From Eledone cirrhosa (Eukaryota): a stretch of 64,000 nucleotides of DNA. Position 1 is the stretch's first letter. Each line of letters begins with the position of its first letter. A program made the translations under genes and the position numbers. The stretch covers positions 14,632,001 to 14,696,000 of the forward strand of contig OZ024740.1 of NCBI GenBank assembly GCA_964016885.1, written 5' to 3'. Below are positions 29,048 to 41,258 of this stretch, piece by piece. The notes under the pieces were generated by a model. That model made no database searches. It saw only the letters and a list, made by a program, of their open reading frames with translations, and had not been told where the DNA came from.

Positions 29048-30983
29048 TTGTTGTTACTGTTGTTGTTATTGCTGTTGTTACTGTGGTTACTGTTGTTGTT
29101 ACTCTTGTTGTTACTGTTGTTGTCACTGTTGTTGTTACTGCTGTTGTTACTGTTGTTTTTACTGTTGTTGTTACTGTTGTTGTTACTGTTGTTGTTACTG
29201 CTGTTGTTACTGTTGTTGTTACTGTTGTTGTTACTGTTGTTGTTACTGTTGTTGTTACTGTTGTTGTTACTGTTGTTACTGTTGTTGTTACTGCTGTTGT
29301 TACTGTTGTTGTTACTGTTGTTGTTACTGTTGTTGTTACTGCTGTTACTGCTGTTGTTACTGCTGTTGTTACAGTTGTTGTTACTGTTATTGTTACTGCT
29401 GTTGTTACTGTTGTTGTTACTGCTGTTGTTACTGTTGTTGTTACTGTTGTTGTTACTGTTGTTGTTACTGTTGTTACTGTTGTTGTTACTGTTGTTGTTA
29501 CTGTTGTTGTTACTGCTGTTACTGTTGTTGTTACTGTTGCTGTTACTACTGTTGTTACTGTTATTGTAACTGCTGTTGTTACTGTTGTTGTTGCTGTTAC
29601 TGTTGTTGTTGTTGTTGTTGTTACTATTGTTGTTGTTACTGTTGTTGTTGTTGTTACTGCTGTTGTTACTGTTGTTGTTACTGCTGTTATTGTTGTTGTT
29701 ACTGTTGTTGTTACTGCTGTTGTTACTGTTGTTGTTACTGTTGTTGTTACTGTTGTGGTTTCTGTTGTTGTTACTGTTGTTGTTACTGTTGTTGTTACTG
29801 TTGTTGTTACTGCTGTTGTTACTGTTGTTGTTACTGTTGTTGTTACTGCTGTTGTTACTGTTGTTGTTACTGTTGTTGTTACTGTTGTTGTTACTGTTGT
29901 TGTTACTGTTGTTGTTACTGTTGTTGTTACTGTTGTTGTTACTGCTGTTGTTACTGTTGTTGTTACTGCAGTTGTTACTGTTGTTGTTACTGTTGTTGTT
30001 ACTGTTGTTGTTACTGTTGTTGTTACTGTTGTTGTTACTGTTGTTCTTACTGTTGTTGTTACTGTTGTTGTTACTGTTGTTACTGTTGTTGTTACTGTTG
30101 TTGTTACTGCTGTTGTTACTGTTGTTGTTACTGCTGTTGTTACTGCTGTTGTTACTGTTGTTGTTACTGTTGTTGTTACTGTTGTGGTTTCTGTTGTTGT
30201 TACTGTTGTTCTTACTGTTGTTCTTACTGTTGTTGTTACTGTTGTTGTTACTGTTGTTACTGTTGTTGTTACTGTTGTTGTTACTGTTGTTGTTACTGTT
30301 GTTGTTACTGTTGTTGTTACTGCTGTTGTTACTGCTGTTGTTACTGTTGTTGTTACTGTTGTTGTTACTGCTGTTGTTACTGCTGTTGTTACTGTTGTTG
30401 TTACTGTTGTTGTTACTGTTGTTGTTACTGCTGTTGTTACTGTTGTTGTTACTCTTGTTGTTACTGCTGTTGTTACTGCTGTTGTTACTGTTGTTGTTAC
30501 TGTTGTAGTTACTGCTGTTGTTACTGCTGTTGTTACTGTTGTTGTTACTGTTGTTGTTACTGTTGTTGTTACTGCTGTTGTTACTGTTGTTGTTACTGTT
30601 GTTGTTACTGCTGTTGTTACTGTTGTTGTTACTGTTGTTGTTACTGTTGTTGTTACTGTTGTGGTTTCTGTTGTTGTTACTGTTGTTGTTACTGTTGTTG
30701 TTACTGTTGTTGTTACTGTTGTTGTTACTGTTGTTGTTACTGTTGTTGTTACTGCTGTTGTTACTGTTGTTGTTACTGCTGTTGTTACTGTTGTGGATTA
30801 TGTTGTTGTTACTGTTGTTGTTACTGTTGTTGTTACTGTTGTTGTTACTGTTGTCGTTACTGCTGTTGTTACTGTTGTTGTTACTGCTGTTGTTACTGCT
30901 GTTGTTACTGTTGTTGTTACTGTTGTTGTTACTGTTGTTGTTACTGTTGTTGTTACTGTTGTTGTTACTACTGTTGTTACTGT

Positions 30984-33900
30984 TGTTGTTACTGTTGTTG
31001 TTACTGTTGTTGTTACTGTTGTTGTTACTGTTGTTGTTACTGCTGTTGTTAGTGTTGTTGTTACTGTTGTTGTTACTGTTGTTGTTACTGTTGTTGTTGC
31101 TGTTGTTGTTACTGTTGTTGTTACTGTTGTTGTTACTCTTGTTGTTACTGTTGTTGTTACTGCTGTTGTTACTGTTGTTGTTACTGTTGTTGTTACTGTT
31201 GTTGTTACTGTTGTTGTTGCTGTTGTTGTTACTGTTGTTGTTACTGTTGTTGTTACTCTTGTTGTTACTGTTGTTGTTACTGCTGTTGTTACTGTTGTTG
31301 TTACTGTTGTTGTTACTGTTGTTACTGTTGTTGTTACTATTGTTGTTACTGCTGTTGTTACTGTTGTTGTTACTGCTGTTGTTACTGCTGTTGTTACTGT
31401 TGTTGTTACTGTTGTTGTTACTGCTGTTGTTACTGCTGTTGTTACTGTTGTTGTTAGTGTTGTTGTTACTGTTGTTGTTACTGCTGTTGTTACTGTTGTT
31501 GTTACTGTTGTTGTTACTGTTGTTGTTACTGTTGTTGTTACTGTTGTTGTTATTGCTGTTGTTACTGTTGTTGTTACTTTTGTTGTTACTGCTGTTGTTA
31601 CTGTTGTTGTTACTGTTGTTGTTACTGTTGTTGTTACTGTTGTTGTTACTGTTGTTACTGTTGTTGTTACTGTTGTTGTTACTGCTGTTGTTACTCTTGT
31701 TGTTACTGCTGTTGTTACTGCTGTTGTTACTGTTGTTGTTACTGTTGTTGTTACTGTTGTTGTTACTGCTGTTGTTACTGTTGTTGTTACTTTTGTTGTT
31801 ACTGTTGTTGTTACTGTTGTTGTTACTGTTGTTGTTACTGTTGTTGTTACTGCTGTTGTTACTGCTGTTGTTACTGTTGTTGTTACTGTTGTTGTTACTG
31901 TTGTTGTTACTGTTGTTGTTACTGTTGTTGTTACTGCTGTTGTTACTGTTGTTGTTACTGTTGTTGTTACTGTTGTTGTTAGTGTTGTTACTGTTGTTGT
32001 TACTGTTGTTGTTACTGCTGTTGTTACTGTTGTTGTTACTGTTGTTGTTACTGTTGTTGTTACTGTTGTTGTTACTGTTGTTGTTAATGTTGTTGTTACT
32101 GTTGTTGTTATTGTTGTTCTTACTGTTGTTGTTACTGTTGTTGTTACTGTTGTTACTGTTGTTGTTACTGTTGTTGTTACTGCTGTTGTTACTGTTGTTG
32201 TTACTGCTGTTGTTACTGCTGTTGTTACTGTTGTTGTTACTGTTGTTGTTACTGTTGTGGTTTCTGTTGTTGTTACTGTTGTTGTTACTGTTGTTGTTAC
32301 TGTTGTTGTTACTGTTGTTGTTACTGTTGTTGTTACTGTTGTTGTTACTGTTGTTGTTACTGCTGTTGTTACTGTTGTTGTTACTGTTGTGGTTTCTGTT
32401 GTTGTTACTGTTGTTGTTACTGTTGTTTTTACTGTTGTTGTTACTGTTGTTGTTACTGTTGTTGTTACTGCTGTTGTTACTGCTGTTGTTACTGTTGTTG
32501 TTACTGTTGTTGTTACTGCTGTTGTTACTGCTGTTGTTACTGTTGTTGTTACTGTTGTGTTACTGTTGTTGTTACTGCTGTTGTTACTGTTGTTGTTACT
32601 GCTGTTGTTACTGCTGTTGTTACTGTTGTTGTTACTGTTGTTGTTACTGCTGTTGTTACTGCTGTTGTTACTGTTGTTGTTACTGTTGTTGTTACTGCTG
32701 TTGTTACTGCTGTTGTTACTGTTGTTGTTACTGTTGTTCTTACTGTTGTTGTTACTGTTGTTGTTACTGTTGTTGTTACTGCTGTTGTTACTGTTGTTGT
32801 TACTGCTGTTGTTACTGCTGTTGTTACTGTTGTTGTTACTGTTGTTGTTACTGTTGTGGTTTCTGTTGTTGTTACTGTTGTTGTTACTGTTGTTGTTACT
32901 GTTGTTGTTACTGTTGTTGTTACTGTTGTTCTAACTGTTGTTGTTACTGTTGTTGTTACTGTTGTTACTGTTGTTGTTACTGTTGTTGTTACTGCTGTTG
33001 TTACTGTTGTTGTTACTGCTGTTGTTACTGCTGTTGTTACTGTTGTTGTTACTGTTGTTGTTACTGTTGTGGGTTCTGTTGTTGTTACTGTTGTTGTTAC
33101 TGTTGTTGTTACTGTTGTTGTTACTGTTGTTGTTACTGTTGTTCTTACTGTTGTTGTTACTGTTGTTGTTACTGCTGTTGTTACTGTTGTTGTTACTGTT
33201 GTTGTTACTGTTGTTGTTACTGCTGTTGTTACTGTTGTTGTTACTGTTGTTGTTACTGCTGTTGTTACTGTTGTTGTTACTGTTGTTGTTACTGCTGTTG
33301 TTACTGTTGTTGTTACTGTTGTTGTTACTGCTGTTGTTACTGTTGTTGTTACTGTTGTTGTTACTGTTGTTGTTACTGTTGTTACTGTTGTTGTTACTGT
33401 TGTTGTTACTGTTGTTGTTACTGTTGTTGTTACTGTTGTTACTGTTGTTGTTACTGTTGTTGTTATTGCTGTTGTTAATGTTGTTACTGTTGTTGTTACT
33501 GTTGTTGTTACTGTTGTTGTTACTGTTGTTGTCACTGTTGTTGTTACTGCTGTTGTTACTGTTGTTTTTACTGTTGTTGTTACTGTTGTTGTTACTGTTG
33601 TTGTTACTGCTGTTGTTACTGTTGTTGTTACTGTTGTTGTTACTGTTGTTGTTACTGTTGTTGTTACTGTTGTTGTTACTGTTGTTACTGTTGTTGTTAC
33701 TGCTGTTGTTACTGTTGTTGTTACTGTTGTTGTTACTGTTGTTGTTACTGCTGTTACTGTTGTTGTTATTGCTGTTGTTAAAGTTGTTGTTACTGTTATT
33801 GTTACTGCTGTTGTTACTGTTGTTTTTACTGTTGATGTTACTGTTGTTGTTACTGCTGTTGTTACTGTTGTTGTTACTGTTGTTGTCACTGTTGTTGTTA

Positions 33901-35910
33901 CTGCTGTTGTTACTGTTGTTTTTACTGTTGATGTTACTGTTGTTGTTACTGTTGTTGTTACTGCTGTTGTTACTGTTGTTGTTACTGTTGTTGTTACTGT
34001 TGTTGTTACTGTTGTTGTTATTGTTGTTACTGTTGTTGTTACTGCTGTTGTTACTGTTGTTGTTACTGTTGTTGTTACTGTTGTTGTTACTGCTGTTACT
34101 GTTGTTGTTACTGCTGTTGTTACAGTTGTTGTTACTGTTATTGTTACTGCTGTTGTTACTGTTGTTGTTACTGCTGTTGTTACTGTTGTTGTTACTGTTG
34201 TTGTTACTGTTGTTGTTACTGTTGTTACTGTTGTTGTTACTGTTGTTGTTACTGCTGTTACTGTTGTTGTTACTGTTGTTGTTACTACTGTTGTTACTGT
34301 TATTGTAACTGCTGTTGTTACTGTTGTTGTTGCTGTTACTGTTGTTGTTGTTGTTGTTACTATTGTTGTTGTTACTGTTGTTGTTGTTACTGTTGTTGTT
34401 ACTGTTGTTGTTGTTACTGTTGTTGTTACTGCTGTTGTTACTGTTGTTGTTACTGTTGTTATTACTGCTGTTGTTACCGTTGTTACTGTTGTTGTTACTG
34501 TTGTTGTTGTTGTTGTTGTTACTATTGTTGTTGTTACTGTTGTTGTTGTTGTTACTGTTGTTGTTACTGTTGTTGTTGTTACTGTTGTTGTTACTGCTGT
34601 TGTTACTGTTGTTGTTACTGTTGTTATTACTGCTGTTGTTACCGTTGTTACTGTTGTTGTTACTGTTGTTGTTACTGTTGTTGTTACTGCTGTTGTTACT
34701 GTTGTCACTGTTGTTGTTACTGTTGTTGTTACTGTTGTTGTTACTGCTGTTACTGTTGTTGTTACTGTTGTTGTTACTGCTGTTGTTACTGTTGTTGTTA
34801 CTGCTGTTATTGTTGTTGTTACTGTTGTTGTTACTGCTGTTGTTACTGTTGTTGTTACTGTTGTTGTTACTGTTGTGGTTTCTGTTGTTGTTACTGTTGT
34901 TGTTACTGTTGTTGTTACTGTTGTTGTTACTGCTGTTGTTACTGTTGTTGTTACTGTTGTTGTTACTGCTGTTGTTACTGTTGTTGTTACTGTTGTTGTT
35001 ACTGTTGTTGTTACTGTTGTTGTTACTGTTGTTGTTACTGTTGTTGTTACTGTTGTTGTTACTGCTGTTGTTACTGTTGTTGTTACTGCAGTTGTTACTG
35101 TTGTTGTTACTGTTGTTGTTACTGTTGTTGTTACTGTTGTTGTTACTGTTGTTGTTACTGTTGTTGTTACTGTTGTTGTTACTGTTGTTCTTACTGTTGT
35201 TGTTACTGTTGTTGTTACTGTTGTTACTGTTGTTGTTACTGTTGTTGTTACTGCTGTTGTTACTGTTGTTGTTACTGCTGTTGTTACTGCTGTTGTTACT
35301 GTTGTTGTTACTGTTGTTGTTACTGTTGTGGTTTCTGTTGTTGTTACTGTTGTTCTTACTGTTGTTCTTACTGTTGTTGTTACTGTTGTTGTTACTGTTG
35401 TTACTGTTGTTGTTACTGTTGTTGTTACTGTTGTTGTTACTGTTGTTGTTACTGTTGTTGTTACTGCTGTTGTTACTGCTGTTGTTACTGTTGTTGTTAC
35501 TGTTGTTGTTACTGCTGTTGTTACTGCTGTTGTTACTGTTGTTGTTACTGTTGTTGTTACTGTTGTTGTTACTGCTGTTGTTACTGTTGTTGTTACTCTT
35601 GTTGTTACTGCTGTTGTTACTGCTGTTGTTACTGTTGTTGTTACTGTTGTAGTTACTGCTGTTGTTACTGCTGTTGTTACTGTTGTTGTTACTGTTGTTG
35701 TTACTGTTGTTGTTACTGCTGTTGTTACTGTTGTTGTTACTGTTGTTGTTACTGCTGTTGTTACTGTTGTTGTTACTGTTGTTGTTACTGTTGTTGTTAC
35801 TGTTGTGGTTTCTGTTGTTGTTACTGTTGTTGTTACTGTTGTTGTTACTGTTGTTGTTACTGTTGTTGTTACTGTTGTTGTTACTGTTGTTGTTACTGCT
35901 GTTGTTACTG
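30984..35910. repeat. 5,348-bp-offset duplication, copy 1
   Basis: AGT variant 31051/36399, GTGTT deletion 32557/37905, CTAACT 32931/38279, AAA variant 33780/39128, CTGCAG 35086/40434. ORF pairs 32549..34708 / 37897..40056 and 32938..34308 / 38286..39656 appear identical. Confidence 0.93.
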
Positions 35911-36330
35911 CTGTTGTTACTGTTGTTGTTACTGTTGTTGTTACTGCTGTTGTTACTGCTGTTGTTACTGTTGTTGTTACTGTTGTTGTTACTGTTGTTG
36001 TTACTGCTGTTGTTACTGTTGTTGTTACTCTTGTTGTTACTGCTGTTGTTACTGCTGTTGTTACTGTTGTTGTTACTGTTGTAGTTACTGCTGTTGTTAC
36101 TGCTGTTGTTACTGTTGTTGTTACTGTTGTTGTTACTGTTGTTGTTACTGCTGTTGTTACTGTTGTTGTTACTGTTGTTGTTACTGCTGTTGTTACTGTT
36201 GTTGTTACTGTTGTTGTTACTGTTGTTGTTACTGTTGTGGTTTCTGTTGTTGTTACTGTTGTTGTTACTGTTGTTGTTACTGTTGTTGTTACTGTTGTTG
36301 TTACTGTTGTTGTTACTGTTGTTGTTACTG
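35470..36330. repeat. 432-bp local tandem duplication at the junction of the 5,348-bp copies
   Basis: GTAGTT at 35649/36081, and the CTT and GTGGTTTCT variants also recur at +432. ORFs 35662 and 36094 start identically. Confidence 0.85.
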
Positions 36331-36331
36331 C

Positions 36332-39300
36332 TGTTGTTACTGTTGTTGTTACTGTTGTTGTTACTGTTGTTGTTACTGTTGTTGTTACTGCTGTTGTTAG
36401 TGTTGTTGTTACTGTTGTTGTTACTGTTGTTGTTACTGTTGTTGTTGCTGTTGTTGTTACTGTTGTTGTTACTGTTGTTGTTACTCTTGTTGTTACTGTT
36501 GTTGTTACTGCTGTTGTTACTGTTGTTGTTACTGTTGTTGTTACTGTTGTTGTTACTGTTGTTGTTGCTGTTGTTGTTACTGTTGTTGTTACTGTTGTTG
36601 TTACTCTTGTTGTTACTGTTGTTGTTACTGCTGTTGTTACTGTTGTTGTTACTGTTGTTGTTACTGTTGTTACTGTTGTTGTTACTATTGTTGTTACTGC
36701 TGTTGTTACTGTTGTTGTTACTGCTGTTGTTACTGCTGTTGTTACTGTTGTTGTTACTGTTGTTGTTACTGCTGTTGTTACTGCTGTTGTTACTGTTGTT
36801 GTTAGTGTTGTTGTTACTGTTGTTGTTACTGCTGTTGTTACTGTTGTTGTTACTGTTGTTGTTACTGTTGTTGTTACTGTTGTTGTTACTGTTGTTGTTA
36901 TTGCTGTTGTTACTGTTGTTGTTACTTTTGTTGTTACTGCTGTTGTTACTGTTGTTGTTACTGTTGTTGTTACTGTTGTTGTTACTGTTGTTGTTACTGT
37001 TGTTACTGTTGTTGTTACTGTTGTTGTTACTGCTGTTGTTACTCTTGTTGTTACTGCTGTTGTTACTGCTGTTGTTACTGTTGTTGTTACTGTTGTTGTT
37101 ACTGTTGTTGTTACTGCTGTTGTTACTGTTGTTGTTACTTTTGTTGTTACTGTTGTTGTTACTGTTGTTGTTACTGTTGTTGTTACTGTTGTTGTTACTG
37201 CTGTTGTTACTGCTGTTGTTACTGTTGTTGTTACTGTTGTTGTTACTGTTGTTGTTACTGTTGTTGTTACTGTTGTTGTTACTGCTGTTGTTACTGTTGT
37301 TGTTACTGTTGTTGTTACTGTTGTTGTTAGTGTTGTTACTGTTGTTGTTACTGTTGTTGTTACTGCTGTTGTTACTGTTGTTGTTACTGTTGTTGTTACT
37401 GTTGTTGTTACTGTTGTTGTTACTGTTGTTGTTAATGTTGTTGTTACTGTTGTTGTTATTGTTGTTCTTACTGTTGTTGTTACTGTTGTTGTTACTGTTG
37501 TTACTGTTGTTGTTACTGTTGTTGTTACTGCTGTTGTTACTGTTGTTGTTACTGCTGTTGTTACTGCTGTTGTTACTGTTGTTGTTACTGTTGTTGTTAC
37601 TGTTGTGGTTTCTGTTGTTGTTACTGTTGTTGTTACTGTTGTTGTTACTGTTGTTGTTACTGTTGTTGTTACTGTTGTTGTTACTGTTGTTGTTACTGTT
37701 GTTGTTACTGCTGTTGTTACTGTTGTTGTTACTGTTGTGGTTTCTGTTGTTGTTACTGTTGTTGTTACTGTTGTTTTTACTGTTGTTGTTACTGTTGTTG
37801 TTACTGTTGTTGTTACTGCTGTTGTTACTGCTGTTGTTACTGTTGTTGTTACTGTTGTTGTTACTGCTGTTGTTACTGCTGTTGTTACTGTTGTTGTTAC
37901 TGTTGTGTTACTGTTGTTGTTACTGCTGTTGTTACTGTTGTTGTTACTGCTGTTGTTACTGCTGTTGTTACTGTTGTTGTTACTGTTGTTGTTACTGCTG
38001 TTGTTACTGCTGTTGTTACTGTTGTTGTTACTGTTGTTGTTACTGCTGTTGTTACTGCTGTTGTTACTGTTGTTGTTACTGTTGTTCTTACTGTTGTTGT
38101 TACTGTTGTTGTTACTGTTGTTGTTACTGCTGTTGTTACTGTTGTTGTTACTGCTGTTGTTACTGCTGTTGTTACTGTTGTTGTTACTGTTGTTGTTACT
38201 GTTGTGGTTTCTGTTGTTGTTACTGTTGTTGTTACTGTTGTTGTTACTGTTGTTGTTACTGTTGTTGTTACTGTTGTTCTAACTGTTGTTGTTACTGTTG
38301 TTGTTACTGTTGTTACTGTTGTTGTTACTGTTGTTGTTACTGCTGTTGTTACTGTTGTTGTTACTGCTGTTGTTACTGCTGTTGTTACTGTTGTTGTTAC
38401 TGTTGTTGTTACTGTTGTGGGTTCTGTTGTTGTTACTGTTGTTGTTACTGTTGTTGTTACTGTTGTTGTTACTGTTGTTGTTACTGTTGTTCTTACTGTT
38501 GTTGTTACTGTTGTTGTTACTGCTGTTGTTACTGTTGTTGTTACTGTTGTTGTTACTGTTGTTGTTACTGCTGTTGTTACTGTTGTTGTTACTGTTGTTG
38601 TTACTGCTGTTGTTACTGTTGTTGTTACTGTTGTTGTTACTGCTGTTGTTACTGTTGTTGTTACTGTTGTTGTTACTGCTGTTGTTACTGTTGTTGTTAC
38701 TGTTGTTGTTACTGTTGTTGTTACTGTTGTTACTGTTGTTGTTACTGTTGTTGTTACTGTTGTTGTTACTGTTGTTGTTACTGTTGTTACTGTTGTTGTT
38801 ACTGTTGTTGTTATTGCTGTTGTTAATGTTGTTACTGTTGTTGTTACTGTTGTTGTTACTGTTGTTGTTACTGTTGTTGTCACTGTTGTTGTTACTGCTG
38901 TTGTTACTGTTGTTTTTACTGTTGTTGTTACTGTTGTTGTTACTGTTGTTGTTACTGCTGTTGTTACTGTTGTTGTTACTGTTGTTGTTACTGTTGTTGT
39001 TACTGTTGTTGTTACTGTTGTTGTTACTGTTGTTACTGTTGTTGTTACTGCTGTTGTTACTGTTGTTGTTACTGTTGTTGTTACTGTTGTTGTTACTGCT
39101 GTTACTGTTGTTGTTATTGCTGTTGTTAAAGTTGTTGTTACTGTTATTGTTACTGCTGTTGTTACTGTTGTTTTTACTGTTGATGTTACTGTTGTTGTTA
39201 CTGCTGTTGTTACTGTTGTTGTTACTGTTGTTGTCACTGTTGTTGTTACTGCTGTTGTTACTGTTGTTTTTACTGTTGATGTTACTGTTGTTGTTACTGT

Positions 39301-41258
39301 TGTTGTTACTGCTGTTGTTACTGTTGTTGTTACTGTTGTTGTTACTGTTGTTGTTACTGTTGTTGTTATTGTTGTTACTGTTGTTGTTACTGCTGTTGTT
39401 ACTGTTGTTGTTACTGTTGTTGTTACTGTTGTTGTTACTGCTGTTACTGTTGTTGTTACTGCTGTTGTTACAGTTGTTGTTACTGTTATTGTTACTGCTG
39501 TTGTTACTGTTGTTGTTACTGCTGTTGTTACTGTTGTTGTTACTGTTGTTGTTACTGTTGTTGTTACTGTTGTTACTGTTGTTGTTACTGTTGTTGTTAC
39601 TGCTGTTACTGTTGTTGTTACTGTTGTTGTTACTACTGTTGTTACTGTTATTGTAACTGCTGTTGTTACTGTTGTTGTTGCTGTTACTGTTGTTGTTGTT
39701 GTTGTTACTATTGTTGTTGTTACTGTTGTTGTTGTTACTGTTGTTGTTACTGTTGTTGTTGTTACTGTTGTTGTTACTGCTGTTGTTACTGTTGTTGTTA
39801 CTGTTGTTATTACTGCTGTTGTTACCGTTGTTACTGTTGTTGTTACTGTTGTTGTTGTTGTTGTTGTTACTATTGTTGTTGTTACTGTTGTTGTTGTTGT
39901 TACTGTTGTTGTTACTGTTGTTGTTGTTACTGTTGTTGTTACTGCTGTTGTTACTGTTGTTGTTACTGTTGTTATTACTGCTGTTGTTACCGTTGTTACT
40001 GTTGTTGTTACTGTTGTTGTTACTGTTGTTGTTACTGCTGTTGTTACTGTTGTCACTGTTGTTGTTACTGTTGTTGTTACTGTTGTTGTTACTGCTGTTA
40101 CTGTTGTTGTTACTGTTGTTGTTACTGCTGTTGTTACTGTTGTTGTTACTGCTGTTATTGTTGTTGTTACTGTTGTTGTTACTGCTGTTGTTACTGTTGT
40201 TGTTACTGTTGTTGTTACTGTTGTGGTTTCTGTTGTTGTTACTGTTGTTGTTACTGTTGTTGTTACTGTTGTTGTTACTGCTGTTGTTACTGTTGTTGTT
40301 ACTGTTGTTGTTACTGCTGTTGTTACTGTTGTTGTTACTGTTGTTGTTACTGTTGTTGTTACTGTTGTTGTTACTGTTGTTGTTACTGTTGTTGTTACTG
40401 TTGTTGTTACTGCTGTTGTTACTGTTGTTGTTACTGCAGTTGTTACTGTTGTTGTTACTGTTGTTGTTACTGTTGTTGTTACTGTTGTTGTTACTGTTGT
40501 TGTTACTGTTGTTGTTACTGTTGTTGTTACTGTTGTTCTTACTGTTGTTGTTACTGTTGTTGTTACTGTTGTTACTGTTGTTGTTACTGTTGTTGTTACT
40601 GCTGTTGTTACTGTTGTTGTTACTGCTGTTGTTACTGCTGTTGTTACTGTTGTTGTTACTGTTGTTGTTACTGTTGTGGTTTCTGTTGTTGTTACTGTTG
40701 TTCTTACTGTTGTTCTTACTGTTGTTGTTACTGTTGTTGTTACTGTTGTTACTGTTGTTGTTACTGTTGTTGTTACTGTTGTTGTTACTGTTGTTGTTAC
40801 TGTTGTTGTTACTGCTGTTGTTACTGCTGTTGTTACTGTTGTTGTTACTGTTGTTGTTACTGCTGTTGTTACTGCTGTTGTTACTGTTGTTGTTACTGTT
40901 GTTGTTACTGTTGTTGTTACTGCTGTTGTTACTGTTGTTGTTACTCTTGTTGTTACTGCTGTTGTTACTGCTGTTGTTACTGTTGTTGTTACTGTTGTAG
41001 TTACTGCTGTTGTTACTGCTGTTGTTACTGTTGTTGTTACTGTTGTTGTTACTGTTGTTGTTACTGCTGTTGTTACTGTTGTTGTTACTGTTGTTGTTAC
41101 TGCTGTTGTTACTGTTGTTGTTACTGTTGTTGTTACTGTTGTTGTTACTGTTGTGGTTTCTGTTGTTGTTACTGTTGTTGTTACTGTTGTTGTTACTGTT
41201 GTTGTTACTGTTGTTGTTACTGTTGTTGTTACTGTTGTTGTTACTGCTGTTGTTACTG
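36332..41258. repeat. 5,348-bp-offset duplication, copy 2
   Basis: The markers match copy 1 at +5,348. The match ends at 35911 (C) vs 41259 (T). Confidence 0.93.

Noticed and set aside
32558-33478. CCCY Cys-rich stretches resembling metallothionein or keratin-associated proteins
   Set aside because: This is simply the third plus-strand frame of the same 12-mer (TGT TGT TGT TAC), entered through a 1-bp deletion.
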